The notes beneath the pieces are model-generated. The model searched no databases and had not been told where the DNA came from. It was given only the letters and a program-made list of their open reading frames with translations. A stretch of DNA of 64,000 nucleotides, taken from the NCBI GenBank assembly GCA_023920165.1, contig CP089281.1, positions 1,612,001-1,676,000 of the forward strand, read 5' to 3'. The DNA is from Curvularia clavata (taxonomy: Eukaryota). How positions within the stretch are numbered: the first letter of the stretch is position 1; each line of letters opens with the position of its first letter. Of this stretch, positions 1-12,763 are shown piece by piece. Made by a program: the position numbers and the translations under genes.

Positions 1-3000
1 CTTGCGTTGAGTTTCTGCAAATGTAGAATATTGGTAGACAGAAGCGCTCTCAGCGATTGATGTATCGTTTTTGTACAGACGCAACAAATCTTGCATCAGG
101 ATCGACCCAGATATCCCATCCAAGACCAAAGAATGCGTACCATGAAGGAGGAAATGGACGTTAGGAGACAGCTCGAGGAGGATGATTCGTAGGCATTCTC
201 CAAGCTCCACGTCGTACGCATAGCTCTGCAGCTCCTTGAAAACAGGCATGACTTCCTCCTCGCTGGAGATGTGCCTGTGTTCCAGACTTAACCGGCTGGA
301 CTCCATGATGCCCTGTTGCGGCCGGTTGTCGAAAGCCTTGAAACAGGTCCGCAACACTTCATGACGCTTGCCAAGTTGCACAACTGCCCTCTTCAAATCT
401 GCTACGCGGAGAGAGCCTGTCATACGAAACAGACCAGTGTGGTTCAGCCCAGCCATACCATTCAGGAACTTTAGAACGAACCAGAACATTGCTTGACTGA
501 ATGAGAGCTCTGTCCATCTCTCAACTGCTATTTCCACAGTCTTGGTGGTAGAGATTGCATGATCCAATTTCTCGGGAACCAGCATAATGGATGTCTCTGC
601 ATTGGAGCTAGTCGGGGAGTTGGAGCCCTTGGTGTCAGTCGAATTTGATGATGAATAGTCAGAAACGGTACTTTTGTCACTGCTCTCAATAACATTGAGC
701 GCCTCAGACTGCAAAGAAAAGGGAGCATTGGGCTGTGCCGAGTTGTTGGAATCGGATGACGGAACGTTTGGTATGAGAACAGATGGTAAACTATCCACAG
801 CATGAGAGATAAGCTGGCGGATAGACAGACCGCTAAGGATCTTCATAACTGGTAAATTGGCGTTGACGGTTTTCAGGAGCCAACTTCGAATCTCCACGGC
901 AAGAAGAGAATCAAGGCCTATCCCATCCAAAGTAAGGTCCAAGAATTGGGAATCGCTCAGATCGGCACTGCCTTGAACCTGGAACAAAGAACAGATGAAA
1001 GGTTTCATGGCAACTGTCATGATCTGTGCTACCTGTGCACTACTTTTGGCAGCCGAGAGTTGAGACTTGACAGAAGTTTTTTCCGTAGAAGGCTTAGAGA
1101 CATCCATAGCACCGTTGTTGGAAATGAAATGCGTCGCGGTTGGGTTGTCGAACCAATAGGGCAGCTTTTCTGGATTGGAGTTGACTTTATGCAGTCCCAT
1201 GACGATTTCCGTATTTCCAGTTGACTCCGTACCCTTCTGTCCGGCGGCAATTGCTTCGGCGAATACTTGATGGAAGTCCTGTTCTGCGGTGAGGGAGTAG
1301 CCTGATGTACGTGGGAAATTTGTCTTGGTCCTGTCGCTCTTTTCTGTTACATAGCCAACGCCTAATATCGGCGCAATGTGCATAACCGAGGCAGCGAGGC
1401 CACGGTTCCTGCGCTGCTCCATAAGACTGGTCATGAACATGTTGGCAGCAGCATAATTCGACTGCCCAGGATTTCCAGTCACAGCAACAATGGAGGAGAA
1501 TGCCACGAAAAAGTCGAGATCGACGTCCAAGAAGAGCTTGTCGAGGTTGATGGTACCTTGAACTTTGGGGTGGCAGACCTTCTGCATATCTTCCAGGGTC
1601 ATGTTATCGAGTGTTGTATCTACCAACACCATGGCGGCAGAGACGACGCCCCCAATCGGCGGCATGGCGGAACAGATATCCTCATAGAGTGCATGGGTCT
1701 GCTCTAGATCTGTGAGATCGCTGCGATGAAAAAAAAAGGTGAAGTCAGCTAATGCAGTTCACAAAGAGGATTACTGCTGGAATTCTAACTTACTTGGAAT
1801 AAACCTTGACAACCCCGCCGAGCAAAGCGATTCTATCCAGCCATGTACGAGAAATATCAGGATTACGGCTGGTCATGACGATATATTTTGCACCTCGAGA
1901 AATCATCCACTCGCAAAGGGACAGACCCAGACTGCCAGTGAGTCCCGCAAGCCAGTATGTCTTGGAACTGGAAAAGAGACTTTGATCATCCACTGGTCGG
2001 ATCCTGACTGGAACACTCTTCACCTTCTCCCACTCGATGACCGTCTGATTATGTCTAGGATCCTGCTTTGGGTCAACGCTGGGGGCTGCTTTCGAAATAT
2101 TGTCAATACTAATGACGGTGCCCTCCACGCTCAACCGAGCTAGATCTTTCAAAGCGTGTTGCACTGCTATGTGCAGTTGATTGTGGACGTCTTGAGTTGG
2201 GCCGGCCGTCTCGGTAGGCTCGATCCAAGCTTTGGTAGCATGCAGTTGAGTGAAGTACGTAACCTTGCATCCTAACGGCAGATGCGGGATGATCCGAGCG
2301 GCCATATCAGTCATGTCACTTGGCTGACTGCCATCACAGACCAAGAAGAACGAAGCCTTCTTAGGCAAAATCTTGCAGAAACTTCGTGCAGGGGCTTCAG
2401 GGTGAATCTTCAACCACCCAAGAAAATCGCATCGTTTTTCTTCCAGTCTTGAAGATATGATGGTCACGATGATATTCTTGGTTGTAGCCTCTCTTTTTAC
2501 CACATTTGCAAAAGCAAGACTCGGTTCCAACAAAATGACATGGTCGCTGGAGGATAGATGGCTGACGGTGTCGCTTGCTAGAATGTTTAGTTTGACCAGA
2601 CGTAAGAATCTTGCCTTGGTGGCCGAGTCCCTGAGAAGGGTCTCTTGTTGACTGGATAAAGTTTGCCACAAATTACGGGCAGGCCGGATTGAGGATGACA
2701 GTTGACTTGATAATGTCACTTGTGTGGAACTTTCATCCCTTGTAAGGCTTATGAACCCAAAACCAAGCCCTCTGATGCGACAAGCGAGGAGGAGAGAGTG
2801 TGTCGGTTGTAGGGTTTCTGAAGCTGCTTCTTGTTCAGCTTCCTCGAGATAGTACTCGTTGTTCTGCATGTCAAGTCTGACTCTGTGGCCATGGCTCTTA
2901 AGGTGGTCTGCGCTGCGATCATCGATTGCGACGCTTTTATAGATGGGACGGCGGGCGGAGTTGTAGCGATCGTTCATTTCCTTGTTAGGGATGATGCGTG

Positions 3001-6000
3001 GTATCAGCAGCTGGCCGTCTTTGTCAATCACGTACTCGCGCTCGACTGTGGTGAGTAAGGGATAACTGCCGGTTTTGTTATTGCCTCGTCGAGTGACCCA
3101 AACTGATTCAAGTTTGAATCGCAAGAGAAATTCTGCAATGGTTCTTGCTTTGATGGCGCTGGCATCCTCGAAATCTAAGAATTGGAATTCTAGCGTGGGA
3201 ATCTCGAGAAGTGCGGCACGCACGAGTCCGACCGTCATATTTGCAAAGGGATCTTGAGCGCGTCGCCCCTGAGTAACCCACAGTACAGATACAGCCTCAT
3301 GGAGGATACGCTTCATTGCTTGAAGGTTAGCCTCAGTAAGCTGGCGGAACATTGGATCGTCTAGGTCAGAGAGGCCAAGAATAGTTGCGCGAGACGAAAC
3401 AGGGACGTTCTCAGCTGCAACATCGGCTAGCGTACGGATAATGGTTGATTTGCCAAAGTAGTCCTTCAAAAGGAGCTTCAACTCTTGGGCAATGTTAGAG
3501 GCCAGAGAGGACGACTCACCACCGATGACGATCAATTCATCCATCGGGGCTTCTTCGTTTACAGTGTTGAGAGAGCTCAATGCTTGTGGAGAAATGGATA
3601 GCGGGTCGCGAATGAAGCTTACTCGAGGGTCAATAGCCTGTGACACAAAGACAGTATTTGGGGTCAAAAGAGCATCAACAATGGGTACTTGGGAATCGCA
3701 GCCAGAAAATCCAGTTTCACGCAGGAGCTTGTCCCAGTCGGCCAGAGCGAGGTTAGGTCCCAAGGATCGACCGTCATTCTCTGCGCCTAACCACCAGCCC
3801 GGAAATGCGCCAAAAATTGTGCCAAGACGTGCAGTATCATTGTTGATGCCTTCATTGACGACAAGAAAACCTCCGGGTTTTAGCAAACGCCTTGCATTCA
3901 AAAGGGATTGCCTCATCAGAGGAGTTGCATGCAGCACCTGAGACGCAATGATCAAATCGTACGAATGTTCGGCGAACCCCTGTTGCTGTGGATCCTTGCT
4001 GATATCTAGAACCTTGTATACCATGCGTGGAGACGATGAGAAGGAACGAAAGTATTCTTGTGCCCTAAGGAAGAACCCTGCCGAGATGTCGGTAAAGGTG
4101 TACGACAAGATACTGTCCCCCAGCATGTCCAGAACAACCTTGGTAGCACCGCCCGTGCCGGCCCCAACCTCGAGGATGTTCATATGGGGAAACCTGTAAG
4201 TGATTTGCTTGACGGTCCTTGCAAGATACTTTGTGTGGTGGGCCATGCCGAGTGCGACGGGATAGAAATCATTTAGGAGGTCGTCGTTCATGGTAAGCTC
4301 GATTGCGGTTGTCTTGCCCGTGACGATGTCATGCAAATTCTCGCCGATTCTTGTCAAGAGTTTATAGTCGACAAAATGTTCAAATGGCTTGGATGCCATG
4401 GCTATGGTCTCTCTTGTATCCTTGAACCACTCATCCTTCCAGAAGGGCAGTTGGCCACTGGCTATGCGGGACTCGATATGCTCTGCATAAGAGAAGAGCC
4501 TGCTCAGGGGTTGTCCCTCATTTCGAGATGGATGATCAGTGGGGATAGAGCGTTGGAGCTGATTCAAGTAATAGAGGGAGGCCCTCTCCAGAAAGTGAGC
4601 CAGCTCAAGTTCATGAGGATCAGGGATTGGGCTCAGGTCATAAGCAGCCCTGGCAGCATCCGGATATGCAAGGTCCCATGACATGACAGACATGATCTCC
4701 TTGTCATCTTGGGCAGTGGGTGGAGAGAAAGGGATGCAGTCGAGCCCTTCGACTTGGATAAGTGCATGCACAAGCTCTTCCGAGTCCAAAACATCCGAGG
4801 CGGAAGAGCCTTGTGGGGGGTAGATATCCACATCACCCTTGAAAGACTTTGTAGATCTGTCTTGCAAGTAGGCATTGAATGGTAGGCGTTGGCCGCTTAG
4901 GGTGAGGTACGTTTCAGAGATGCAGAGATTCACTGTGATGCAATCTATCGTCTTGGGAACGTGCATGCTCCATAGACTCCCATCGTATGGGGCTGCCCTG
5001 GCAAGTAGGATGGCCTGGAAAGCAGCGTCTAGCATACCTGGATGCACCAGGAGAGTCGATTTGAGGTCCTCGCTGGGACCTGCAACCCAGCCAGTTACTG
5101 TACCTAGTTTTCGCTGGAGCCCGGACAAAGCGCGAAACTGCCCGGTGTACTCGTATTCCAATTGAAGTAGGGACTCATACAATTCCTCGGCCTGAATGGG
5201 CAAAAGGCTATCAGGGGTAGAGCCCCTGGCTGGGAGGGCATCCGACGCTGGCTCCCCGAGATTGATGGCGATGCAGCCACTGACAAGCATACGTAGCGAT
5301 GATGATTCGTTATCTGACTTGTAGCCTGTGCCTGACGAAGCTGCAAAGTACCGGAACTTTGCAGATAGCGAGTCCTTTTCTTGAGCAATGTCACTGAGGG
5401 AAAAGATTGCTTCAACGGTGGAGTCGTCACTATCAAAAGTCAGAGCTTTGTGGATGTCAATATGCTGTATTTTGATGAGCTTGGCTGGCCCCAGTTCTGG
5501 CGACAAAGCAAGTAATTCCCTACAGGCTTCTATTGCAAGCACCACATAGCCAGCAGCAGGAAAGACGGTCTGGTTCTGCAGCCGATGTCCACTGAGCCAG
5601 GCGATCTCAGCAGGGCTCATGATCTGGCGCCATCTTAGCTCCTTTTCGGGGGCGCTGTCGCTGGTCATGTGCCCAAGAAGTTCGTGGGGGTTTGACCTAG
5701 ACATGGTGGCCTTGGTGTACCTTGACTCGTGCCAATATTCGATATCATGATCCCACGGATATGTTGGGAGGTTCTTGACGAGCTGCGCAGGAGAAGTGTC
5801 AGGGCGCATAAAGCGGTCCAGTGCATCCAGATGCAGGGGGAAGCGGCTTAGGTGTGTCCAAATGTAGCCAATGCCTTCGGCTACTGACACGACATCTCGA
5901 GCTCCTCTCTTCAAGAGGCCAGTGTAAGGCATTTCCTGCCCCATTGTAGCTCGGATGGTCTCGGCTGCTGGGGATTGCAGCGCGGGATGCGGTCCCACCT

Positions 6001-7486
6001 CGACAAAGAGAAGTTGCTGTTCGCTAGATGCCATGGAGGTGCACGTCTTCTGCAAGGCTTGCATGAAGAGGACAGGATTGACGGCGTTTTGCACCCAGTA
6101 GTCATGGCTGAGAGCATCCAGATGGCAGTCTTGGATTTGGTTCCCAGATACACTAGAGATCCAGGTGCACGTGGGCGGGGATATCTTCATGTCCAAGGCT
6201 CGCAGCGAGTCGCCGTAGGGCACGGCGCAAGGGGCCATGTGGTGAGAATGATAGGCTTTATCCACCTTCAACAAGCGAGCAAACTTGTCTTCGTCCTCGA
6301 GGATGACGTGCAGCTCCTCGATGGCGTCGGCATCACCAGCCAAAGTGAGGCTGGACGAGGCATTGTAGGCGGCGATGGTGGCGCGGCCTTTGAAGACGGG
6401 CGAATCAAGGAGGTCAAGGGCATCTTCTGGGGTTATGCCGGCAGCCAACATGGCGCCTTTGTGGCCCTGTGGGCTGCGGGCAAGAGAGCTGTGCAGGCCA
6501 CGATAGTAGGCAATGGCAATAGCATCATGGGCGGAGAGGACGTTGGCGGCATAGGCAGCGGCAATTTCGCCAGACGAGTGGCCCAGAACGGCGGCAAAGC
6601 TAACGCCAGCAGCGCGCAGTAGGTCGACGAGGACAATCTGCACCGCTGTACATAGCGGCTGGGACAGGTGGGCCTCTGCGATGCGCGAGGAGCCGGCAGC
6701 CTTGAGCAGCTCATGGCGCAACGACCACTGGGGGCGGTCGGCGGGCGGAAGGCGCGTGGCCAAGTGCGTCTCGAGGGAAGCGAGCGTGGCGGCGGCAGCA
6801 GCCGAGTGCTGCAGCAGCTCGGCGCCCATGCGCGGCCACTGGGCGCCCTGGCCAGTGAAGACGCCGACGATGTTGCGTACTACACCTGCATCTCGCACTC
6901 CAATGGGGGTGCCAGACTGGAGCTTGTGGCGCAGTTTGGTGTGCAGGTCACGTGCATCAGCCGCGCCCACGGCGGTAGCGTACAGCAAGTGGCTCCGGCG
7001 TGCGTGCAGCGTGTAGGCAAGGCTGGGCAGGGACAGGGCGCCCTCATTGGCCTCGATGTAGGCGGCAAACGACTCGACCTGGCGGGCCAGGGCGTGTTCC
7101 GAGGCGGCGGAGAAGACAAAGGGCGTGATTGCTGTCCAAGGGCTTGTAGGGCTTGGATTATCGTAGGCCTCGATCAGCGCAAAGCAGTTGGTGCCGCCAA
7201 AGCCAAAGTTGTTGACGCCGGCTCGCCGCGGCTGGCCTGGCGCTGGAGCGGGCCATGGCTGGGGCTGTAGGGGCACGCGTAGGCGGGTGCTGAAGGGTTG
7301 GATGCGGGGGTTGAGGCGGGTGAAGAGCAGGTTGGGGGGCACCACCGCGTGTTGCAGCGCCAACGACGCCTTGAGCAGCCCCGCAATGCCCGCAGTGCCC
7401 TCGGTGTGGCCGCACACGGTCTTGATGCTGCCCACCCACAGGCTCTCGTTGTTGTCGCTGTTGTTGTCGTTGTTGTTGTTGTTGCT

Positions 7487-7527
<41 letters not shown>

Positions 7528-8614
7528 TACTAGAGGCAAAAAAGGCCGTATAGATGGCCTCGGCCTCGATAGGATCGCCTGCGGGAGTGCCCGTGCCGTG
7601 CGCCTCAAAATACTGCGGGCGGTGGGCAGCACAGCGCGGATTCAGCCCGGCTCGACGGTATGTGTCGCGGATCAGGGCCGCCTGTGCTGTTGCGCTTGGC
7701 CTGCAAGCGTGCAGCCGTCAGTCGAGGGTCATGCAAGGAATCAAGCCAATAACAACAACTTACAGGGTGAGGCCTCGTGTCTTGCCATCCTGGTTCACGC
7801 CAATCTCGCGCACCACACACTCGACATGGTCGCCATCAGCCAGGGCATCGCTGAGCCGCTTCAGCACCACGGCCGCCACGCCCTCGCCGCGTGCATAGCC
7901 GTTAGCGCCCGCATCCCACATGCGCCCGCGCCCGTCGGGCGACAGCATCTGCAGCTTGCTCTCGCTGATGTGCGTCACCGGGTCCACAATTAGGTTCGCT
8001 CCCGCCGCCACTGCCACGCGCGACTGCCCGCTGCGCAGCTGTTGCACCGCCTGGTGCACCGCCACCAGGCTCGAGCTGCACGCCGTGTCCACTGTCATGG
8101 ACGGGCCGTGCCAGTCGAAGAAGTACGACAGCCGGTTCGACATGAGGCTGCGCGCCGTGCCCATGATGTGGTACTTGCCAATCGTCTCGGGGTCGCGCAT
8201 CATCAACTGCTCGTACTCACCCATCATCAGCCCGACATAGCACCCCGTGTCTGACCCCTGCAGCCCTTCGATTGTCTGCCCGCCCGCCTCGAGCGCTTCG
8301 TACGTCGTCTCCAGCAGCAGCCGTAGCTGCGGATCCAGCACTTTGGCCTCGGCTGGATTGATGCCAAAAAACCCGGCATCAAACCGCCGCTCCACTGCCT
8401 CTTGCGAGAGAAAGTACGACTTCATCCCCTCCACATTGCTGTGCCCGTGGTATCCAGACTTCTCATGATAGAACCCCCCAGAGCCAAATCGAGACGCTGG
8501 CACTGACGTCGCGACATCCTTGGGGTTGCAAAGTAGCTCCCACAGCTGCGATGGCGTATTGCTATCCCCTGCAAATCGGCAAGCGCTGCCAATGACTGCG
8601 ATGGGCTCTCCCAT
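1..8614 (-). CDS. Highly reducing iterative PKS fused to a condensation domain (KS-AT-DH-cMT-ER0-KR-ACP-C...), 3' end beyond the left edge; likely PKS-C or PKS-NRPS hybrid
   Basis: ATG at 8614 ([14 protein letters not shown]). Exons 8614-7764, 7700-1794 and 1720-<1, with GT-AG introns 7763-7701 and 1793-1721. Motifs: [109 protein letters not shown] (~880-920); C domain LSFSQAMFW...RHEVLRT...GTHSLVLDG. My translation of exon 3 shows no stop down to position 1. Confidence 0.96.
7448..7525 (-). repeat. Trinucleotide microsatellite, (GAC)13 plus AAC/GAC-rich tract, inside the PKS KS exon; encodes D13-S-N5-D-NN-S-D-NN
   Basis: Plus strand (gtc)13 at 7487-7525 followed leftward by gtt/gtc triplets; in frame between ...[12 protein letters not shown] and [10 protein letters not shown]. 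Confidence 0.95.
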
Positions 8615-8743
8615 GATGCTTTGTATATATACTTGTAACCAGGTATATATATTCAAAAATGGCTATGGCTGCCTCCTGCGGTTCGGGAAGAGAGAAACGA
8701 GGGTGAATGAAAAGTGAATGACCTCTTTCACCTTCACTGGTGG

Positions 8744-8834
8744 CTGAGGTGCCGACAAAGAATATCAAGTGTCTGAGGTGCCGTTAAATAAGTCTTTAGC
8801 AGATAAAATAATGGCAAGAATACCATGAGGTGCC
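8744..8834. promoter_or_regulatory. Three copies of TGAGGTGCC upstream of the PKS start
   Basis: ctgaggtgccg at 8744-8754 and 8773-8783, tgaggtgcc at 8826-8834; 130-220 bp upstream of the ATG. The repeat is seen directly; the regulatory role is inferred. Confidence 0.45.
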
Positions 8835-9540
8835 TGATACCATGGATATTATACAATCCTAACAGACCCACCAGAACACCACATCAGCCTTCATACAGGT
8901 CCCACAATATCCTGCTCGAAATCGGTCCGTCGTCGGGAATTTACCATTAAATACTGCAGCTGCCTGGAATCCTTTGGTCTTCAACTAACGCCTCGATCCT
9001 AGTCATACCCGACGGAACCAGTTCACGGGGTCTAGTTGGCACTGCCGCGTCAAGTATCCGGTATCATACCAAAAACCGCTAAGCATCATTGGCCTAACGC
9101 CTTCCTCGCTCGCCGTTTTTGTTTCTTCGATAAAGACGACATGCCCCAGATTCCAACCACGAAGTAGTCTTCTCTGTTTGAGGGGAGCTTCTAGCTGGCT
9201 GTTCACCTGCAAGATCAAGTCCTCTTGTGGTGGACATTACGCTTCGTGAGCTAGTTTAATCATGGCGTAAAACCCTTAGTGCACAACTCATCACTGTCTT
9301 GTATCTGCTTAGTGATTGCCGTCATGATGAGCATGTTTCATGCGACAACAATATAGAAACCGAATGTTTCCACAAAACTGCAATCTCACCTTGAGAACAA
9401 ATCAAGCAATACAGTTCTTTGCTGATCTCCATAGCATATCTAGTCTGACCCGGGTTGCTCACTATCCACTTGCAAAATTGCTCGTCCAAGTAAAACTCCA
9501 TCGAACCGTCCATAAACCAGATACTGAGTGCTGACTCCGC

Positions 9541-11339
9541 CTAGCATGGACGCAATGTGCACTTCAATCGAAGCGGCACACTTGGTCTTTCTACGACAGC
9601 CAGATTCCGGTCAATCAGAGGCGCCTTTGTCACTGGCTCTCCTGCTGCATTACAAAGCGTAAAATCAAACTTGGCCATCAACATAGCTGTCACAATCGCG
9701 TTCTCCAACTTGGCGAACTACACCCATATGTCAGTATATCATGCGCTGTGCTTTATCGAGTCACATTATGAGACGCCTCACCCTTGTACCCACTACGACC
9801 ACATGTCTGTCAGCTTGGTCTTTTTTATCACTTGCAGAGAGGGAAAAGAAAAAAGATCAAAACTCACAACAGGCGTGTCGGCCATAGCCCCAGCCCACAA
9901 ATCCCATGGGTACCTTCTTGTCCTCCTCAAGACCTGGCATGTACCGTCCGGGGTCGAACTTCAGAGGCTCAGTGTAAATATCAGCATTCATGTGGACGTC
10001 GTCAACAGGATAAGCGACAAAGCCACCCTTGGGAATCACTTCGCCCGTGCCTTCAATCTTCACTTCCCTGCCGCTGACATTCTTACGGAATGCGGTGCCC
10101 ACCGTCTGCAGCCGAATGGACTCTTGCAGGCACAAATTGATGAGCGGAAACTCTGCTTCCCACTCGTACAGCTTCATTTGCCTCAGTGTCTCGACAGCAT
10201 CTTGCGGCGAGCCGGTTGAATGCTTAGAGAGGGCCTTGTCGATTTCTCCGCGCACTTGCGCCTGCCATTGTGGATTCAGCGCTAGGTAGCACAGCACCCA
10301 GGCCGCGTTGATGCCCGAGTTGAGCAATGCCGCCATGAGCGCCATGATGAGGAACTAGACAGCCCATGAATATCAAAATCGATAACCTAAACAACCTAGG
10401 GATAGAGACGGAAGGGCACCGCAGAGAGACTTACCGAGACAATTCTGAAGGTGGACTCGCCCTCGTCCATCAGTTGCTGCACAATGTCGTCTTCCTGCCG
10501 TCCGGTCTTCCTCCGATTCTCTATGATCTGACTCACCATGAGATAAAACTGTATCCCAGCGACTACGCGCTTTACGTGCTTGACGGTTGGAAGCCACGGG
10601 AAAAGGATGCGTGCTGTGCTACTGCCTTTATCAATCGTCTGGATCAGTCGTAGCGACTTCTCCAGTAACTCGGGAGTGTCTGCTATCTCTTTCACCCCAA
10701 TAGTGCGCATAGTTAGCTGGAATACAATCCGGTTCATCTCATCAAAGGGATCAAACATGCCCCCCTTAGCGCCACAAATGGCCAAAATCCGATCCATTGC
10801 CGATGACACATGGTCCGTAAGAAACGGCAGACTTTTCTCAAACGTCCCCTTCTTCAGATGCTTTATCAGCTTCTTCGAGAACCATGCGTCGAACTTGACT
10901 CCGTTTTCGGTCGCGTTAAAGTCAGGAGTGCCAGTGAGTAAGGCGGCATAGCTGCAGCAGATTTCCTCAGCAACACAATAATACCCATCATCAGTATCTG
11001 TAAAAAGACGTACCCATCGGTCATATTCAACTCTTTGGACTCGTAGAAGACCTTGCGACCTCGTAGCCCTGATACACCCACAACATGGTACCGTCCAATC
11101 GAAAAACTATAGTTCCCAGTCTTGCTGTTGGAAGCGCTATCCCTGCAAAAGTCTCCTCGCTGTGTAAAGAACCGCATCGAGCCGACAATGGGAAGATTTT
11201 CTTTCAGTAGCTTGGGCGCGGCGTTGGGGAATAGTGGTCGCCATGAGATTGCTAGGACCCCGAGAAGGAGGATACCTACAGAGACCCCCAATATAGCAGC
11301 AGGCCAGTCCTGGGTTGTAAAATTAAGCGGAAATAACAT
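9541..11339 (-). CDS. Cytochrome P450 (CYP51-clan-like heme region), 5 exons including an 11-nt micro-exon
   Basis: Exons 11339-11014, 10951-10435, 10354-9868, 9792-9782, 9717-9541. N-terminal TM anchor, I-helix MALMAALLNSG, ExxR (QESIRL), FDPGRY, heme motif WGYGRHACLGTRFAKLE reconstructed across the micro-exon. Confidence 0.9.
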
Positions 11340-12763
11340 GATTGTTTGGTAAAGGTTTAAAAACTAAGCATCTAGCGTGCGAGGAGAATACGCTCTGATG
11401 TCCAGATGGCAAGAGACAAGTAGATAGCACTACAATAATGTGATTTATAAGTGCTTGGCCCGTACAAGCGAGCGACGCACCCTTAAATACACTAAAAAAA
11501 AATTCAATCTTGAACTTTGGGTATCTTAACAACGACTTTCTACTTGATTACTCAAAACTTGGGTAACTATACATTATCATATACTAAAGCCAGAACCATT
11601 CGTATTGTGAAAATTTACAGTCTTAGTTATTATATTTTCTACTAAAAGGTTACAGGATAGTATGATATCCCAACGTACTCTTCATCTTCTACACAAACAA
11701 CATAGATCCAAATTTCGAGCCATTATTCCTGAACAGTTGTTGAGCTGGCATCCGCCCTTATTCTTTCTTGGATGGCTTGTAGGCGCCATTCGCTTTCGAG
11801 ACAGGTTACAGTAGCCCTAGAAACACTGGGTGCAACCCCCCACTTCTGTGACCAGGTTGTCAGCGCACGCCAGTGCATTGTCGTACGAATTTTGCCTGTG
11901 CAATGGCTCACGCTAACGGCTTGTTCACGGAAGGGGGAGGGGGGAAATGGTTAGATTGGCACCGTTATCTGACCGTGTTGAAACTTATCACGAGAATGAC
12001 GCCATTCAGATGATACTTTGCAACTTTCTTGTCTCAAATTCCAACAAGGGGTTAAGCGTAGGGTTGAGGCTTACGCGGACAGCTCGTATACCATGTAGTA
12101 TCCTGGAATCTGTATAGGAGCGGCGTCATATTCTCACTTGAGCTACCACAAAACTACCCACCTTTCTCGTACGAGCTGCAGTCAGGGTTACATTAGACTC
12201 TGTTTACAGTGGCTGGGGTCTTGCAGTGCAAAGGACCACTAGTGGGGGACTCGGAATGTTTTCCTTAAGGTCTGTGCAGCACGGAGAATTCCAACCTCTA
12301 CAAATTGTCTCTATTCCGGGCGGAGGGCATCTACTTGCAGCAGGAAGCAGGTCGGCCCACCATGGGTAGTAAGCCCGTCGCCATGGACCTTCCATATCCA
12401 GTGTCAAGTTCACGTAATTAAGATTTGTATAGTTTCAAGACCCCTGTTGTAGGCTCTTAGTATGTCTTCTAAATTATATTGTAAGACAAAAGTTATCTTA
12501 GATTCCTTAGGGTAGGAGTTAGTCTCAAGTTTAGAGTGTTTAGGATTAGCGTCTTTGAGTCAGAGTAGTTATTGAAAAACGATTTTGAAGTTGTCTCACA
12601 TCATGATAGAGGTGCATTGAACTTTTTGGCAACTTGATCTAAACGTATTCAAGTCATTGGGTTACTTAATTGAGTTGGTGTGGATTGAATAGAGTATAAC
12701 GGATGGGCTATGGTGAGGCACAAATCGCCTATGGTCAGATGGCATGCCGACGTAATAGACAGA

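Noticed and set aside
5975..8468. Many long plus-strand and alternative-frame ORFs with poly-V, poly-T or poly-S tracts
   Set aside because: Shadow ORFs of the GC-rich PKS exons and the microsatellite read in other frames.
9003..9534. Short ORFs between the PKS and the first P450
   Set aside because: No recognisable motifs or consistent splice structure.
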